Positions 11,383 to 23,200 of a stretch of DNA of 64,000 bases are shown piece after piece. The stretch comes from an uncultured Planctomycetota bacterium (GTDB lineage Bacteria > Planctomycetota > Planctomycetia > Isosphaerales > Isosphaeraceae): the NCBI GenBank assembly GCA_963737655.1, contig CAVTTN010000002.1:1792001-1856000 (forward strand). Direction: 5' to 3'. The stretch's first letter is position 1; each line of letters starts with the position of its first letter. Under the pieces are notes generated by a model. The model did no database searches. It had not been told where the DNA came from and was given only the letters and a program-made list of their open reading frames with translations. The position numbers and the translations under genes are program-made.

Positions 11383-13077
11383 ATGATCATGAGGTCCCGC
11401 CTGAATACGGCCCTTGTTCTCGCCCTCGGGGGCCTTTCGGGATGGCTGGTGGGTTCGGCCCGGATGAGCGTCCCCGTGAAGGCCGCGGACGGTCCTCCGC
11501 CGGCATCGCTCGCTTCTGCGCCCCTGCCGCCCCGCTCGACGGGGACGGCTCAGGGCGCCAGGAAGCCGCACATCGTCATTATCTGGGGCGATGACATCGG
11601 CCAGTCCAATATCAGTGCTTATACGCACGGACTGATGGGCTACAAGACGCCGAACATCGACCGGGTGGCCCGCGAAGGGATGATGTTCACGGACTACTAT
11701 GCGGAGCAGAGCTGCACGGCGGGCCGGGCGTCGTTCATCACCGGCCAGCACGGACTCCGCACCGGGCTGACGAAGGTTGGCATGCCGGGTTCGCCGCTCG
11801 GCCTGAGGAAGGAAGACCCGACGATTGCCGAACTGCTGAAGCCCCTGGGCTACGCGACGGCCCAGTTCGGCAAGAACCACCTGGGCGACCGCAACGAATT
11901 CCTGCCCACCGTCCACGGCTTCGATGAGTTCTACGGGAACCTCTACCACCTCAACGCCGAGGCAGAACCCGAGAACCCGGACTATCCCAAGGACCCGGCG
12001 TTCCGCGCCCGCTACGGCCCTCGGGGAGTGCTCGACTGCAAGGCCAGCGACCGCGACGACCCGACCGTCGATCCCCGGTTCGGCCGTGTTGGCAAGCAAG
12101 TCATCAAGGACACGGGCCCGTTGACCCGCAAGAGGATGGAGACGATCGACGACGACGTCGCCGAACGCTCGGCCCAGTACATCAAGAGTCAAGCGAAGGG
12201 GGACAGGCCGATGTTCGTGTGGGTGAATTTCACCCACATGCATTTCCGAACCCACGTCAAGCCCGAGAGCAAGGGTCAGTCCGGCCGCTGGATGAGCGAA
12301 TATTCCGACGCGATGATCGACCACGACAAGAACGTCGGCACCGTCCTGAAAGCGATCGAGGACGCGGGGATCGCCGACAATACGTTCGTCATGTACAGCA
12401 CCGACAACGGCCCGCACATGAACACCTGGCCCGACGGCGCGATGACCCCGTTCCGCAACGAGAAGAACTCGAACTGGGAGGGGGCCTATCGCGTCCCGTG
12501 CATGGTCCGCTGGCCCGGCAAGATCAAGCCGGGGACCATCTCGAACGAGATCGTCGGCCACCACGACTGGCTGCCGACCCTCCTGGCCCTGGCTGGCGAA
12601 GACCAGGTCGCCGAGAAGCTCCTGAAGGGAGACAAGGTCGGCGAGATGACCTACAAGGTCCACCTCGACGGATTCAACCTCGTCCCGTACCTGACGGGCC
12701 AGGCCGAGAAGTCCCCCCGCGAGTCGTTCATCTACTGCAACGACGACCAGCAGGTGACCGGCCTCCGCTACGACAACTGGAAGCTCGTGTTCCTGGAACA
12801 GAGGGCGCCGGGGACGTTGCGGGTCTGGGCCGAGCCATTCACGACGCTCCGGGTCCCGAAGCTCTTCAACCTGCGGCTGGACCCCTACGAGCGGGCGGAC
12901 GTCACGTCGAACACCTACTATGACTGGTTCCTCGATCACGCCTTCCTGTGTTTGCCGGCCCAGGACTACATGGGCAGGTTCCTGATGACGTTCAAGGAGT
13001 ATCCCCAGCGCCAGAAGGCCGCGAGCTTCAACCTGGACGAGGTCATGGAGAAGCTGAAGGCAGCTCCGACGAAGTGA
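11383..13077 (+). CDS. Arylsulfatase (formylglycine-dependent)
   Basis: PHIVIIWGDDIG, SCTAGRASFITG, FGKNHLG, STDNG; signal peptide. Confidence 0.95.
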   Translation: MIMRSRLNTALVLALGGLSGWLVGSARMSVPVKAADGPPPASLASAPLPPRSTGTAQGARKPHIVIIWGDDIGQSNISAYTHGLMGYKTPNIDRVAREGMMFTDYYAEQSCTAGRASFITGQHGLRTGLTKVGMPGSPLGLRKEDPTIAELLKPLGYATAQFGKNHLGDRNEFLPTVHGFDEFYGNLYHLNAEAEPENPDYPKDPAFRARYGPRGVLDCKASDRDDPTVDPRFGRVGKQVIKDTGPLTRKRMETIDDDVAERSAQYIKSQAKGDRPMFVWVNFTHMHFRTHVKPESKGQSGRWMSEYSDAMIDHDKNVGTVLKAIEDAGIADNTFVMYSTDNGPHMNTWPDGAMTPFRNEKNSNWEGAYRVPCMVRWPGKIKPGTISNEIVGHHDWLPTLLALAGEDQVAEKLLKGDKVGEMTYKVHLDGFNLVPYLTGQAEKSPRESFIYCNDDQQVTGLRYDNWKLVFLEQRAPGTLRVWAEPFTTLRVPKLFNLRLDPYERADVTSNTYYDWFLDHAFLCLPAQDYMGRFLMTFKEYPQRQKAASFNLDEVMEKLKAAPTK

Positions 13078-13094
13078 TCGCGGGAGCCGTTCGA

Positions 13095-13118
13095 CCGGCC
13101 CGCGACGTCGCGGGCCGG
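13095..13118. repeat. 24-bp perfect palindrome between the two sulfatase genes
   Basis: CCGGCCCGCGACGTCGCGGGCCGG is self-complementary. Confidence 0.7.
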
Positions 13119-13148
13119 CGCTCATGACGTCGAACCGGAGATGCCGCC

Positions 13149-13805
13149 ATGATCCGCCCGAGATGGTCGCTCGCCGTCGCGGCCCTGCTCATCCTGAACG
13201 CGGTCGCCGCAGCCGCCGACCGGCCGAACATCGTGATCCTCCTCGCCGACGACCTCGGCAACGCCGACCTCGGCCATCGCGGCAGCGACATCAAGACCCC
13301 GAACATCGACGCGTTGGCCAGGGGGGGCGTGAGGCTGGAATCGTACTACGGCCTGCCGGTCTGCACGCCCGCCCGAGCGGCCCTCCTGACCGGCCGCTAC
13401 CCGATGAGGCAGGGCCTCCAGACCCTCGTGATCTTCCCCAGCCACAAGTACGGCCTGCCGACCGACGAGAAGACGCTCCCCCAGGCCCTGAAGGTCGAAG
13501 TCTTCCGGGGCGCGATCCGCAAGGGGAACTGGAAGCTGGTCAAGACCGCCACCCTACCCGGCAAGACCGAGCTCTTCGACCTCTCCAGCGATCCCGGCGA
13601 GACGCAGGACGTTTCGGCCAAGCATGCCGAGGTCGTCGCGGACCTGGAAGCCCGGCTGATGGCCTACGCCCGCGAGCAGAAGCCGAGCTTATGGATGAAG
13701 TCGCAGGTGGACTACCTCGGCTTCCAGGGGGCGACCGTGCTCGACCCCGATTACAACATCGACGGCGGCCTGCCCACCGAGAAACCGGCCCTTCCGAAGC
13801 CGTAG
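13149..13805 (+). pseudogene. Arylsulfatase B-like gene with a large in-frame internal deletion (218 aa)
   Basis: N-terminal PNIVILLADDLG and CTPARAALLTGRY join at LPQALK|VEVFRG directly to C-terminal GNWKL...ELFDLSSDPGE; the central GKWHLG and SDNG motifs are missing. Confidence 0.75.
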
Positions 13806-13837
13806 GACGACTCCCCGACCCCGTCGGAGGAGAACGC

Positions 13838-14461
13838 TCAGCGACGGGCCGAAGTCTCCGAGGTCCGGGCCGCCCGGCGGGGCAGGACGCGCTCCTCGTA
13901 GAAGCGCTTCATGTGACGATAGTCCGGGCCCTTGTCCACGGCGACCAGGCCGAAGGTCTTCGAGACCTCCTCGGTCGCCTGCTCGAGGGTCCATCCGCAG
14001 TACATGGTCCGATAGGCGATCTGGACCATCGAGGCGCGGTTGATCCCGTGATGGCAGTGGAAATAGACGGGCTGATTCGCCGGGTCGGCCAGGGTGGTGG
14101 CGGCCCGTTCGAGCTGGTCGGAGACGGTATCGATCCGGTCCCCGGTCCGTTGCTCTTGCTCGACGATCGGGATGTGCACCCAGCGGACCCCCATCTCGTC
14201 GGCCAGGGCCTTCTCACGGACGGCCAGAGGGTGCGAGGGCGGGTGGGCCAGCGCCACGATCGTCTTGAAGTGGTAGTCGCGGATCAGTCGTTTCATCGGC
14301 CAAGGCTGCTGCCAGGCGCCCCGGTAGACCTTCCCGGGATCGACGGCGGCGAACTTGTCGGCGAAGACGTAATCCTGCCCATGCCGCCAGAGTTGCTGGA
14401 GGGCCAGGCTCAGGAAGCCCAGGAGGGCAACGCGGCGGAGCCACACGCGACGACGGCTCAT
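13838..14461 (-). CDS. Dual-specificity/tyrosine phosphatase family protein
   Basis: P-loop PVYFHCHHGINRAS (HCxxGxxR); N-terminal membrane anchor. Confidence 0.88.
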   Translation of the reverse strand: MSRRRVWLRRVALLGFLSLALQQLWRHGQDYVFADKFAAVDPGKVYRGAWQQPWPMKRLIRDYHFKTIVALAHPPSHPLAVREKALADEMGVRWVHIPIVEQEQRTGDRIDTVSDQLERAATTLADPANQPVYFHCHHGINRASMVQIAYRTMYCGWTLEQATEEVSKTFGLVAVDKGPDYRHMKRFYEERVLPRRAARTSETSARR

Positions 14462-14708
14462 GGCGGGACGGACTCCGGGACAGGGGACGGACCGTCGGGG
14501 GCCGGGACTTTAGCAGCGGACCCCCGAATCGGCAAGGTCGGTCGATGCTGGAGCGGGTTACCCTCGACATTCTTCGTCCGGCCGGGGCGGCCCGGTCCGA
14601 GGAAAAACGGGCGAGGCTCCCGATTTGGAGTCGCCACGATCGGCAGAATCCGTATGATCTCTCGCCGCCCCCCCACCCCGCCCAGATGAACGGAAATCGG
14701 GTCGAATC

Positions 14709-16276
14709 ATGGATGATCGTCGGGCCTTGTGGGGCGTCGTCGCGGTGGCGGCGGCGCTGAGGTTAGGCTTTGCCGCGACGGTGGGCGTCGGCAACGACGA
14801 GGCCTATCATGCCCTGCTCGCGATCCACCCGGATTGGAGCTATTATGACCATCCGCCGATGCTGGCGATGGTCGGTCGGTTGGGGCTGTGGTTGGGGGGA
14901 GGGGCACTGTCGCCGCTGACGCTGCGGCTGGGGTTCGTGGCCCTCTTCGCAGGCTCCACCTTGCTGATGGGCCGCCTGACCAGTCGGTTCTACGGTCCAC
15001 GGGCCGGATTTGCGGCGGCGCTCTCGCTGAACGCCACGGCCTATTTCGGGGTGGCGGCCGGGACGTTCGCCCTGCCCGACGGTCCCTTGCTCTTCTTCTG
15101 GCTCCTGACTCTCGACCGCCTGGCCGCCGCTCTGTCGGAGCCGGGACGCCTGGGGCCGTGGATCGTCGCCGGGCTGGCATGGGGGGCGCGTTACTCAGCA
15201 AGTACCATGCGGTCTTCCTGCCGGTCGGGACGCTGGCGTTCCTTCTGGCCACCCCGGGGGGCCGGCGGATCCTCCTGAGGCCGGGGCCTTATCTCTCGGC
15301 GGCGATCGGGATGGCGATCTTCTCGCCCGTGATCCTTTGGAACGCGGCGAGAGGCTGGGAATCGTTCGCGTTCCAGGCGGGTCGAGCGGCGGGGGGAGGA
15401 GCGTTCCGCCCGTGGCTCCTCCTCGGCGCGATCGGGGCCCAGGCCCTGTACATCCTGCCCTGGCTCTGGCCTTTCGTGGTGTCGGCGCTTGGGCGGGCGG
15501 CATTCCGGTCGTGGAGGCGTTCTGAGCCGGGTCCGGCGTTCGACGCCGATCGGTTCCTCGTGATGCAGGCCCTCCCGCCCCTCCTCGCGTTCTTCCTCGT
15601 CGCGTGCCGACGGCCGGTGTTTCCTCACTGGGCGTTGATCGGGCTGGTCCCGGCCTTTCCCTTGTTAGGCAGGGACTGGGCCTCGCGATGGCCTGAGGGC
15701 TCGAATCGCCTCGGCCGACGGTTGTTCGGCGTCTCGGCGGCGACGCTCGCCGGGGTGGCGGTCTTTCTGGTCCAGGCGAAGACCGGGTTCCTCCAGCCTG
15801 GCCGGCTCGGGCTGCTGCCGCCCCGGAATGACCCGACGGTCGAGATGTTCGGCTGGGACCAGGTCGTCGGAGAGATCCGCCGCCGGGGACTCCTGGAACG
15901 CCCTGGACAGTTTGTGTTCACGAGCAAGTGGTATTACAGCGGGCATCTAGCCTTCGAGACAGGCAATCGCGTGCCTGTCCTCTGCTACGACCCCCGGGGC
16001 GGTCACGCCTTCGCCGAGTGGGAGGACTCGGCCGACTGGGTCGGCCACGACGGGCTCCTCGTGACTATGGATCGTTCCGGGATCGAACCCGCGATGTTCG
16101 GCCGGTGGTTCGCCTGGATCGAGCCGGTCGGCGAATTCGACGTCATCAGGGCCGGCGAGCCGGTTCGGAAAGTCCGCCTGTATCGGTGCTTGAAGCAGAT
16201 GAAGCCGTTCCCGGCGAAGGACGTAAGGACCCGGATGGCCCGCTCCGACTCGGCGGGGGATGGCCGCCTCCGGTAG
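14709..16276 (+). CDS. GT-C fold glycosyltransferase (ArnT-like), frameshift at the G-run 15181-15186
   Basis: GNDEAY, YYDHPPM, LPDGPL in the first frame; LLSKY, SPVILWN, HWAL in the second. Confidence 0.85.
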
Positions 16277-16295
16277 AATGGGCCGAGGAGGGCCG

Positions 16296-17707
16296 ATGCC
16301 GAGACACACGACCGTCGAATTGGGGGCCGATCGAAGCCCGGGGCAGATGTCCAAGGTCGTCGGCCTCTATCAAATGCTCCTGAGGCGGGCCCTGGAGCAT
16401 TTTTTCCCGGACGCGAGGCTGGAAACCCTTGGCGATCGGAGCTTCATCGCCCTGGAACCGACTCCGGGCCGGCCGGAATTCTGCCTGACCGATGATCCTG
16501 ATGGTCCGGGGCTGGAGTTGGAGTGGTTCCGGACCCTCTATCGCTTCACCCCCGGGAGCCCCCGGCCGTTTCAGGAGGCCGAGAGGCGGCTGATCGAGTC
16601 GGCCGTGAGGGTCCTCGACCGCCGGTTCCGCGCCCTGTTTGATCCCGAGGCGGCCCATCGGGAGGAGATGTTCCATTACGCCGTTGAGGATTTCATCGTC
16701 GCCGACGACCTGGACTCCCCCGACGCCGTCCGGGTGCCGGCGGCCCTGGAGGCGCTGAGGGTCGCGGCCCTCTCGACCTATGAGAACCGGAGGGTTTCCA
16801 CGGGTGTCCTCCTCCTGGGGACGGAGCATGACCCGGCCGACCCCGAACGAGTCAATCCCCCGGGGCCCCCCGTTACAACGTCCGATTGGCGGCGATCAAG
16901 ACCCTCCACCGGATGTGCGATGGTTTGAAGACGCTGTTCGTCGTCGATCGCTCGGGCGACCTGGCCTGGGCCGTGGATGTGGAGCGGTGGGCCGACCGGG
17001 CCCAGGGAGATCTGCCGCTTCCGGCACCTTGCCCCAGACCGTACATCCACCATGCTCGGGCCACCCTCACCGGAGGCCACGTGGTCCTGGTGCTCTCGCC
17101 GTCTCAGGAGATCCGCGTGTTTGCCGGAGGGGCCCCGGTCTTTGCCTTCAGCGACGCCCGGTGGCGCCTCCTGGACGTCTCGACCAAATTCGCGGCGTGG
17201 TGTCGAGGGGTCGGCGACTCGTGCCCGTCGGACCTGGCGACCAAGATATTTCAGGCGGCGTTGAACCTCGGCGAGGAGAGGCGAGGGGCCCTGTTCGTGG
17301 TCCTGAGGGACCCCCGTCACTCGCTCCCTCTGCTCGTGGCCCCGGGCGACCGGATCTCGGACGACGCCGCGGGAGACACCCCGGACCCCGACGGCCTGTC
17401 TCCCCGGCTGGCCAAGAAGGCACTTCACCACCTGACCCGGGGCCAGACGCTCCATTCGATGGACCCCTCGATCCTCGAATCGCTCGCCGGGATCGACGGG
17501 GCGGTCGTGACCGACCCGTCGGGCCGCTTGCTGACCTTCGGCGCGATCCTCCGGGTGGCACCCGAGGTCGTCCTCTCGCCCAGGGCCGTCGAGGGGGCGA
17601 GGACCACCGCGGCGCTCGCCGCCTCGCTCCACGGGCCGGTGCTGAAGGTCAGCGAGGACGGCTTCCTGACGATGTTCCTCGGCGGCCAGAGGGTCTGGGA
17701 ACTTTGA
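16296..17707 (+). CDS. DisA_N/diadenylate cyclase (DAC)-domain protein with N-terminal extension, frameshift ~16862-16870
   Basis: RRGALFVV, LAGIDGAVV, FGAIL, EGARTTAA, KVSEDG match the DAC fold pattern; TYENRRVSTG upstream. Confidence 0.78.
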
Positions 17708-17831
17708 CGACCGATCCCAAGGCCATCTCGGAAGCCGTTCGCCGAGGATTCCTCCTCTTGTAACCGTGGAGCGAACCCCATCTGGCGGGGCCTGGTCGCA
17801 TTTCCCGAAGGCAGAGTCTGACTTCCGGGAG

Positions 17832-18227
17832 ATGCCCATGAAGACGCGCAGCGGGAAACGAAGAGGTCCCGTCAAGGAGTAGTCCTGGCGGCGCACGATC
17901 GACGACCAGGCTCGATCGGGATTATCCGTCCGCGCTCTCAGCGAACGGAAAGGCTTGGAGGCCTGGAACTCCCATCGGTGGCGCAGAGCGCTGGCCCGTC
18001 GCGAGGGTGAGATCCCACCGTCCCGGGCAGTCAGACGCCCGAACTCGATGGCCGTAGTGCCCATTCCCTCGGCGTTCTTGCCGGTTCGTGTCGTCCAGGA
18101 TGCCACCAAGCCGATGGCAACAACGACGCCGATCGAGATCCTGCTGCCCGCCGGGCCGACGGTCCGGGTCACGAAAGGCTTCGTCGCCGTCGCCCTCGCC
18201 GCGGTGCTGGAGGCCCGAAGATGCTGA
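17832..18227 (+). pseudogene. tnpA: IS66 TnpA remnant
   Basis: WRRTIDDQARSGLSVRA, FLPVRVV, IEILLPAG; in-frame TAG at 17880. Confidence 0.75.
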
Positions 18228-18580
18228 GCTTGCCTCCCTCCGTTCGCATCCTTTTGGCACGCCAACCGGCGGACATGTGCAAGGGATTCGACGGCCTCTC
18301 ACACCTCGTCCGGAGCGTGCTCCGAGAGGATCGCCCGAGCGGGCCTCTCTTCGCCTTTCGGAATCCTCGCGGCGATCGCGTCAAGCGTCTGTGATGGGCC
18401 TCCGACGGATTTCTCATCGCCTCCAAGCGTTCGGGAAAAGGCACCTTCCGTCTTCCGGCTCCCGGCGACGCCGACGCGACGAGCGTGGCGGTCAACGCGA
18501 CCGACCTGATCATGCCGCTCGATGGCGTCGATCTCCGGAGCCTCAAGCGACGTCCGCGACCCCGAATCGCGTGCGGACTT
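18221..18580 (+). pseudogene. tnpB: IS66 TnpB accessory protein remnant
   Basis: PADMCKGFDGL, RGDRVK, GKGTF; in-frame TGA at 18392; end approximate. Confidence 0.8.
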
Positions 18581-18630
18581 TTCGGGGTTAGCCCCCTAGT
18601 CGGACACGTGCTTGCGCCTGCCATGTCGCC

Positions 18631-19503
18631 ATGAAGGACGTCGAAGTCGGCCTCCCCGACGACGTGGCCCGCTGCCATGAGCGGATCCGCCGGCCGGCGG
18701 ACTCCCTCGACGAGGCTCGGCGGCGGATCGAGCGACGCGGATCATCTGGACCGATGCCACCACGGTTCCGATCCGGGCCGCGACGCTCCCGAGGACGCGA
18801 AGTGTACGACTTCACGCCGCGTCACAGCGCGACGGGCCCGAGCGGTTCCTCGAAGCCTTCTCGGGTTATCTCCGGGCCGATGCCTTCGCCGGGTACGATC
18901 AGCACTGCACCGGGGCGGACCTGATTCGCGTGGCTTGCCGGGCTCACGTCCGTCGCAAGTTCTACGACGCCCGGCACACGCCCCCGTTGACGGCCCACGA
19001 GGCAATGGCTCGATCCGGGCAACTCTTCGAGATCGAGAGGGCGTGCAGCGCTCTCCCGGCCGAGGATCGTTGCATGATCCGACAACGGGATGCGATCCCG
19101 CTCTTGAAAGCATTCGGCGAGTGGTTGGACGAGCCAAGTCGAAACGTTTCCCCCAAGAGCCCTGTCGGTCAGGCGATTTGGTATGCACGAAATCAGTCGG
19201 AATATCTTCAAACCTACACCCGAGATGGCGAGTTGAGCATCGACAACAACGTCTCGGAGCGTGCGGGCCCAGGCCATTGGACGTAGGAATTCCTTGTTCG
19301 TCGAGAGTGATCGCGGCGGCCTGGCTGCGGCGACCTTGTACTGCGTTGTGGGAAGCTGCAAGCGGCACCAGGCCGATCCGTTCGACTTCTTCAAGGATGT
19401 CCTGGAATGGCTACCGTCCCATCCCCTCAATCGGCTGGGTGAACTCTTGCCCGACGCCTGGGTTGCGGCCCATCCCCAGGCCAGGCACAAGGTCGCGTCG
19501 TAG
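18631..19503 (+). pseudogene. tnpC: IS66 TnpC transposase remnant (internally deleted, frameshifted)
   Basis: GYLRADAFAGY, CRAHVRRKF, IDNNVSER, AIGRRN, ELLPDAW fragments spread over several frames. Confidence 0.85.
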
Positions 19504-19648
19504 CTCGGCGCTGCTGGAGAACCGCGGGGATGTTCGAGCACGGACGCACGGAGCGACTCGGCCGATGTAATGCCTCGTCGAGTTCCCGGGCTGTCATCAT
19601 CCGCCGGTAGGGCGACTGGGCTCGTCGGGGAGGGTAGATTCGTATCTT

Positions 19649-20194
19649 ATGTCCCAGATCACCCAACTCCTGGATGCTGCCGCGACCGGCAACCGCCAAG
19701 CCGCGGCCCAGATCCTGCCGCTCATCTACGACGAGTTGCGGAAGCTCGCCGCCGCGCGCCTGGCGGCGGAGGCCCCGGGCCACACCCTCAACGCCACTGC
19801 GCTCGTTCACGAGGCCTATCTGCGGCTGATCGGCGACCAGCAGTTCGACGGCCGCGGCCACTTCTTCGCGGCCGCGGCCGAAGCCATGCGGCGCATCCTG
19901 GTCGATCACGCCCGCACACGCACGGCCGCCAAGCGCGGGGCCGGACGGCGGGTGACTCTCGATCTGGAGCGCGTCTCCGGTCCCGATCCCGACGCCGATG
20001 TCCTGGCGGTCCACGACGCCCTCGATCGGCTGGCCGCCGTCGACCCGAGGGTGGCCAAGCTCGTGAGCCTGCGATACTTCGGCGGCCGGACCCTCCGCGA
20101 AGCGGCGGAGGACCTGGGCATTGCCCCGCGGACCGCCGACGCCTGGTGGGCCTACGCTCGGGCCTGGCTGGCGGCCGACCTGTCCCGCGGATAA
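19649..20194 (+). CDS. ECF sigma factor, planctomycete kinase-associated type
   Basis: LPLIYDELRKLA, TLNATALVHEAYLRL, HFFAAAAEAMRRILVDHAR, WAYARAWL. Confidence 0.93.
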   Translation: MSQITQLLDAAATGNRQAAAQILPLIYDELRKLAAARLAAEAPGHTLNATALVHEAYLRLIGDQQFDGRGHFFAAAAEAMRRILVDHARTRTAAKRGAGRRVTLDLERVSGPDPDADVLAVHDALDRLAAVDPRVAKLVSLRYFGGRTLREAAEDLGIAPRTADAWWAYARAWLAADLSRG

Positions 20195-20274
20195 AAGATA
20201 TTTTGAAAACCAATGCGCGTTTCGGCGACAGATTCCGCATTGGGTGGGACGAACCACCACGCAGGAGCGTTTCC

Positions 20275-23200
20275 ATGAGCGAGATCGAACTCTTCACCGA
20301 AGCCCTGAACCGGACCGATCCGGCCGAACGAGCTGCATTTCTCGACCGGGCGTGCGCCGGGGATGCGGAACTGCGGCGACGGATTGATGAGCTGCTGGCC
20401 GGCCACGCCCGGAGCAGCCCCCTCGATCGGCCGCCGCTCTCGCCCGGGGAATCCTCGGAGACCGTGGACCGGGCGACGGCACTCGCGACCGGGGAGCATC
20501 GACCCCACGAGGGGACGGAGACCCTGGCTCACGTCGATCCCAGGGCCACCCCGGACGGGAAATCGGGGGCCTCCGCGCCCTCGACCGACGCGACCGGCGA
20601 GTTCCGACCCGACCGGGCGGCGGCCACGATCGATCACGCCGACTCGGATGCGACAACGGCTACGCCGAAGGCCCCCTCGTCCCACCAGGCCCTGGTCACG
20701 ACGGGCGAAGGGATCGGCACCGTCATCGCCGGACGGTACACGCTGGTCGAGGTCATCGGCGAAGGCGGCATGGGCTCGGTCTACCTGGCAAGTCAGACCG
20801 AGCCGGTGAGGCGGCAGGTGGCGTTGAAGCTGATCAAGACCGGGATGGATTCGCGGGGAGTGCTGGCCCGGTTCGATGCCGAGCGGCAGGCGTTGGCCCT
20901 GATGGATCACCCCAACATCGCCCGGATCTACGACGGCGGCGTCACCCCGGCCGGCCAGCCGTTCTTCGTGATGGAGCTGGTCAAGGGCGTCCCGCTCACC
21001 GACTATTGCGACCGGAAACGGCTGTCGGTCAAGGCCCGGCTGGATCTCTTCGTCTCGGTCTGCCTGGCGGTGCAGCACGCGCATCAGAAGGGGATCATCC
21101 ACCGCGACCTCAAGCCGGGGAACGTGCTGGTCACGGAAGTCGACGGCAAGCCGACGCCGAAGGTGATCGACTTCGGCGTGGCCAAGGCGAAGGAGGTGAA
21201 GCTGACCGACATGAGCTTCTCGGACGTCGGGGCGATCGTCGGCACGCCCACGTACATGAGCCCCGAGCAGGCCGACCCGACCTCGATGGATATCGATACT
21301 CGTACCGACGTGTACGCGCTCGGCGTGATGCTCTACGAGCTGCTGACCGGTTCGCCGCCGATCGACGCCAGGCAGTTCCAGCGGGGGGCCATCCTCGAAA
21401 TGCTGAGGATGGTGCGCGAGGTCGATCCGCCTCGGCCCAGCACCAGGCTGAGCACGGCCGAGGCCCTGCCGAACATCGCCGCGAATCGGAGCATCGAGCC
21501 GGCCCGGCTGTCGAGGCTGCTGCAGGGGGAGCTCGACTGGGTGGTGATGAAGGCGCTGGAGAAGGACCGCAGCCGGCGCTATGACACGGCCAACGGCTTC
21601 GCCCGCGACATCCAGCGTTACCTGGCCGACGAGGTCGTCGAGGCCCGTCCGCCCAGCCGCGGCTACCGACTCAAGAAGTTCGCCAAGCGGAACAAGGGGC
21701 AGGTGGTCGCGGCGAGCCTCGTCCTGATCACGCTCCTGGCCGGGATCGCCGGGACGACCTTCGGGATGATCCGCGCCGAGAAGCGGCGCGAGGAGGCCGA
21801 GCGGAACCTGGCGTTCGCCAGGAAGGGGAATGAGATCCTCAGTTCGGTGTTCACCGGGCTGGACCCGAGACGGACCTACGCCAACCTGAGCGAACTGAAG
21901 GAGGCGCTCGCGGACAACCTCGCGAACGCCGTGAAGGAGCTGGACGGATCGGCGATCGGCGACCCGCGAGAAGTCGCGACGATGCAGCACGAGCTTGGCC
22001 AGTCGCTCGTGGGGCTCGGTCGATTCGATCCCGCGATCGAGGTGCTGAAGAAGTCGTCGGATACGATGGTCGCCTGGCTCGGCCCGGACTACCCGGGCAC
22101 ACTGACCACGCTGAACAGCCTCGCCGTGGCGTACAACAACGTCGGCCGGTCTCCCGAGGCCATCGCCATCCTCGTGCGCGTCCGCGACGCCCAGGAGCGC
22201 ACGCTCGGTCCCGACCATAACGACACGCTGAACACGCTCAACAACCTCGCCGTGGTCTACATGGAGGCCTCGCGACTCCCCGAGGCGATCGCCACGCTCG
22301 AGCGCGCCCGCGACGCCGCGATCGCGAAGCTCGGCCCCAATCACCTCGGGACCCTGACCACGCTTTCCAACCTCGCCCAGGCGTACCAGCTGCTCGGCAG
22401 GACTTCCGAGGCCACCGCGATCCTCGAGCGCGTCCGCGACGCCAAGATCGCCACGCTCGGCCCCGACCATCCCTCGACGCTGAGCACGCTCAACAACCTC
22501 GCCGGAGCGTACTCCGGCGCCGGCAAGCTCCCCGAGGCGATCGCCCTGTACGAGCGCGTCCGCGACGCCCGGGTCGCCACGCTCGGCCCCAATCATCCCT
22601 CCACGCTCCAAACGTTCAACAATCTCGCCGTGGCGTACAAGGCCGCCGGCAGATCCTCCGATGCGGTCGCGGTGTATGAGCGCGTCCGCGACGCCCAGGT
22701 CGCCAAGCTCGGCCCCAACCATCCCGACACGCTGAGCACGCTCAACAACCTCGCCACGTCGTACACGGGCGCCGATCAGCTCCCCAAGGTGATTGCCCTC
22801 TACGAACGCGTCCTCGAAGGTTCGATCGCCACGCTGGGTCCCGACAACCCCAATACCCTGGCGACTCAATCCAACCTCGCCCAGGCGTACGAGGCGGTCG
22901 GCAAGCGCTCCGAGGCCATCGCGATGTTCGAGCGAGTCCGCGACGCCGTGATCGCCAAACTCGGGCCTGATCATCCCTCCACGCTGACCACTCTCAACAA
23001 TCTCGCCTCGGCATACTTGAGCGCCAATCGGCTCACCGAGGCCATCCCCCTGCTCGAACGCATCCGCTCTGCGCGGGCGGCCAAGCTCGGTCCAGACCAC
23101 CCCGACACACTCGTCGCGGAGCACAACCTCGCGGCGGCCTACAAGGCCGCGGGGAAGCTGCCCGAGTCGATCGCCCTGTTCGAGCGCGTTCGCGACCGCC

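Larger units (their letters stand above)
17760..19549 (+). mobile_element. Degenerate IS66-family insertion sequence
   Basis: Starts GTAACCG (IS66-type end); tnpA-tnpB-tnpC remnants in canonical order with stops and frameshifts; right end eroded and approximate. Confidence 0.85.
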
